From the human T2T-CHM13v2.0 reference genome, Homo sapiens: 64,000 nt of DNA. Below, in pieces: positions 60,357 to 64,000 of this stretch. The stretch lies in the NCBI RefSeq assembly GCF_009914755.1, contig NC_060931.1; one strand, 5' to 3'. Below the pieces are notes generated by a model. That model was not told the DNA's origin. It saw only the letters and a list, made by a program, of their open reading frames with translations, and made no database searches. Both the position numbers and the translations under genes were made by a program. Position 1 is the stretch's first letter. Each line of letters starts with the position of its first letter.

Positions 60357-62578
60357 TATATGCCTGTAAAATAGAAAATTCTATATATTGTTGTAAAAAT
60401 TTATTGCATAACTCTTATATACGAACAGGAATATACCATCGAAGTGGGGCACAGAAATAGAAAGATAAAATGCATAGTACTTTTCAAGAGCTTATAATAT
60501 ATGGTGGGAGGCAGAAAAAGCTATAACCATTCAAATAGTTACTAAGTTATTTATTGTGATAACTTTGGGGATGCATGTGATAAGCACCTACTGTAGGCAG
60601 AATAAAACATCACACTAGATAATATCAAAGAAATAATGTGTGTGCAAGAATAATGCATGGCAAAACACGTTCAAAGTCATGAGAGTTGTGTCTTTGGACA
60701 GACATAGGAGGAAGAAATCTCACTTCATTAGAGATTAAGGAAATCTGGTTTATAAAGGCTGGATGAAATAGAGAGAAAACCAAATAAGATGAACAGTAGG
60801 AGGTATAAAGAAGCAGATAAGCTGAATAATACCAGATGTGTTTAGAGGTGGTAGTATCTTAGTTTAACTGGAGCACAGAATATGTGTTCAGAAAGAGAAG
60901 GAGGTGGGTATAGAATTAAAAGTGGAGAAAATCAATATTTTTGTGAGCCTTCAACATTCTGGCCATGCGGTATACAAATTTACGTAAATTACTTCATTTA
61001 TCTTCCCAACCATACTATCAAGATAGGCATAATCATCACCAACTTAAAGATGAGGATTTTAAAAGACCCAGAGCTACTATAACTTAATTTAGATCACACA
61101 GATGTTTAGTGGGAAAACTAGAATTTGAAATCATGTGTATTTCGTTCTTTTCATGACAACATATTGCCTCACGCAAAAGTCAGATGAGACTAAAACACAA
61201 AACTATCTGTTTTTAATCAGGTTCCTGGGTTTGTGACAATTTATGTAATAAATTTTCTTTAATAGTGATTTAAGAAACTCTAATCAAATTTTTTTCACAC
61301 TATTCGTCTCATTCATCATATGTTCTCATCTCTAATAAGAAAGTGCAAATAAAAATTACTTGTCTTTTTTCCTACCAGAATCAGAATTAAAATGTAGTAA
61401 GTTCTGTTTCAAAGCTTGGAATAGTGTGAGGTAGAGATAGACCTATAATCTGTAGTGTTTTGTCAAAATCAGTGGCAGGCATGACGTTAATCATTTTTCA
61501 ATAATATGTTAATTCATGGAAATTGCCTAACAGTATTATATTATTGAAAGGAAAATAGCAATTCTACATGAATTTGAGCTATTTACCAAGTTTCTTTACC
61601 CTAGTTTTAAAAATTTGCAGAATTTCTTTTGTTTTCAGGAAACTCGTTTGGAGCCCTTCCTCATGAAGATTAAATAATTAAAGTATGAGAAAGTGGAGAG
61701 CCCAATGTGCGACATATGTATATTATTAAATGTATACTAATTTATTTATTCATTCATGCATATGATTTAATTACATTTTATTAATGGAAACAAATCAGCT
61801 ATGGGAGCTAATTTAGATGCCAAAATATTGCCCGTGATACTCACTGAATGAATTTGTCACCTCCTCACAAAATGTAAATTTGTTTTCAGATAACACATTA
61901 TAATCTAAAGTGGTGAAAGGCAGGATAATTTCTTTTTAACTTGCCTTATAAGAACAACACCAACAGTGAATAGACACTAAATATTCTTGGCAAAGAAAAC
62001 TAATTAAGACCCCTTTTCCCATTCAACTCTCCAAATACATAGCCCATTGCCTTAATTTTTTATTATATATATATATTTTGCTATACATAATTTTCATTTG
62101 GTGCATTTTATTTACTACTGACCACTCTCAAAACCATTGCTGTGTCTGAGAATCAATAGGAATATTGAGACTAAACAAAACTCTAAAATAGTAAAGTAAT
62201 TCTTGGAGTAGTTGCAGTAATAAGAACATAATTTTGGTAAAAATATGTTACGTAGCCTGAGTTTTCTAAAATCAGAAACAGAAGGGTGTATGTTGCACAG
62301 GTAATTTACTAAGGAGAAACCCAATAGGCAGTAGGGAAGCAGTCCTGGATAGGGAAAGCAACTTGGTGAAGTTGGAAGCAGTACTGGATAGAGGAAGCAA
62401 CTTGGTGAGGAGTCAGTGACAGTCTAGCCACACCCTGGTCCCAGGGGATCTCTGGAGAATGAATAGCTCCACAGAGTGCCCTGATTTAAGGCAAGGTGGC
62501 AAGACTTGTACAGTCATTGACCCAGGAGGGTGTAACCCCTCAAGAATCTCCGGGGAAGGTGATTTCTGTCAATCTAGA

Positions 62579-62748
62579 CCAGTTGTTATTAATGTGTGGT
62601 CCCAAGACCAGCAGGGTCAGCATCACCTGAGAATTTGTAAGACATGACACATACTACATCAGAAACTCTGGAAGTGGGGCCAACCGATTTGTGATTGCAT
62701 AGGCTCTCCAGGTGACTCTGATGTATCTTGAAGTTTGAGAACCACTGG
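62579..62748. mobile_element. MER5A inside an older LTR-like sequence
   Basis: 'ccagttgttattaatgtgtggtcccaagaccagcag...ctccaggtgactctgatg...aagtttgagaaccactgg'. Confidence 0.8.
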
Positions 62749-62974
62749 CCTAGGGCAATCTTCCAGAGAATGACAAAGCTGTGAGCTCCTAGCATCCAGT
62801 CCTCACAGCATTAAATGCTGACTTAACAACTCTGTGAAGGAAGTCCAGATCAGCCACCAACAGCACCCACTACATGTTAAATGCTTTAGTTGTATTATAG
62901 TAAATCATCCCTCTCTTGTATTAACTATTTGTAGCTTCTGTAAACTTGATAATTTAACATCTGCCCTATGCTAG

Positions 62975-63420
62975 TGTCCAGAAGACTCTTTGTTCTGGAC
63001 AATCCAATAGTATGTCTAAATCACCTTGCTTTGGCTTCCTACCTCACTCCTCACCCCTCCCTTCCTCCTTCTGGGAGGGCACTTTTCAAATACAAACCAG
63101 CTACTCCAGAGTTCACTCTCGATCACCTCATTTATTGTACTCTCACATCTGCTCTAATCACCCCCACAGCAAGGGAACTGGACAACTAGAAATACCTCCT
63201 TTGTTCTAGAGCCCACTGAAATTATTTTAACCAGCCAATCCTAAATCTATTTATGCTGTCTCACCTATTCTTTCCCACCAAAACAATAATAAAGTCCTCT
63301 GCCTTAAAGCTCCTTCCCATCCCTCTGCTGCATGACCAACCTCTGATGTATTCCCCCCATGACGTAACACACCTCCTGCTTTAAGAAACTGTGAGTAATA
63401 AACTATCTTTTCAATGGCAA
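62975..63420 (+). mobile_element. ERV1-class LTR fragment (MER39-like)
   Basis: 'agccaatcctaaa', 'aaacaataataaag' and 'actgtgagtaataaactatc'. Family assignment uncertain. Confidence 0.45.
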
Positions 63421-64000
63421 TTGTTTTCTGATCTGTTGGACTTACCGTATCTCAAATTTTCTATTAATTCACTATATTTTCAAATCTATCTCTACCACAA
63501 TCCACTCCCTTGTGGTGCACACAAGATTCATACCCAGGAGGTATGAAGAGTTATACCAGTGTGTGTGATTCCATTACCTCCACTGGTTTGGAGTTAAAAT
63601 TTCAATTTCGGGCAGTTAGAGGAAGAGAGATTCCAAAGAGAATATAAAATTATACCTCATACGATTTCTTATAATGTGAATCCCCCTTTTATTTTAAACA
63701 AGCATAATCAAAGTTCACACAAAGATAGGGAAAGTATTTGCATTTACCACATAAGAGTTGGCCTAGAGAAGAAATTCAACTGTCCTCTGTGCCAGAATTT
63801 ACATAGATTTTCCTTTGAAGCATCACACTTCAGTTGCAAACTCCCTTTGTGCTCACATGCAGAACACAGTTTTAATTTTATTATAAAGACTGTAATATGT
63901 ATACTTTTTGTCAAAACAAACAATTATGTGCTCTTTGTTTTCACGGTGTGAATGGTTATGCCAAGGCTGACACTTTGGGTGACAAATAATAATAAATATT

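Noticed and set aside
61621-61690. Possible micro-exon after a strong acceptor (ttcttttgttttcag)
   Set aside because: Only a weak donor (AAA|GTATGA) nearby and no other support.

Overview
AT-rich, repeat-dense primate (most likely human or great-ape) intergenic or intronic DNA. I recognise no intact host protein-coding gene, tRNA, rRNA or CRISPR array. Almost every long ORF in the track comes from LINE-1, ERVL or mariner remnants. Main contents: (1) a full-length L1PA3/4-type LINE-1 on the minus strand (3665-11212) with target-site duplications (TSDs), interrupted by a younger 5'-truncated L1PA2-like insertion; (2) two oppositely oriented, complementary halves of an ancient ERVL-class provirus (12.8-14.5 kb minus; 19.1-22.4 kb plus); (3) a 12-copy hairpin-type (TA)n-GAAAAGGTTTGTTTTCA minisatellite adjoining the 3' end of a short L1; (4) a 5'-inverted L1 without TSD at 49.7-51.5 kb that shares several non-consensus substitutions, including the same ORF2 nonsense codon, with the full-length L1 about 45 kb away; (5) a full-length degenerate Hsmar2 mariner; (6) Alu, MaLR LTR, MER82, MER5, MIR, L2 copies and microsatellites. 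I find no convincing new biological 'system'. The best leads concern local evolutionary history: shared-mutation L1 pair, candidate ancient inversion, triplication in the ZNF93-bound region, a VNTR and candidate non-coding exons. Subfamily names and 'consensus' states come from my recall of consensus sequences and need RepeatMasker/Dfam confirmation.
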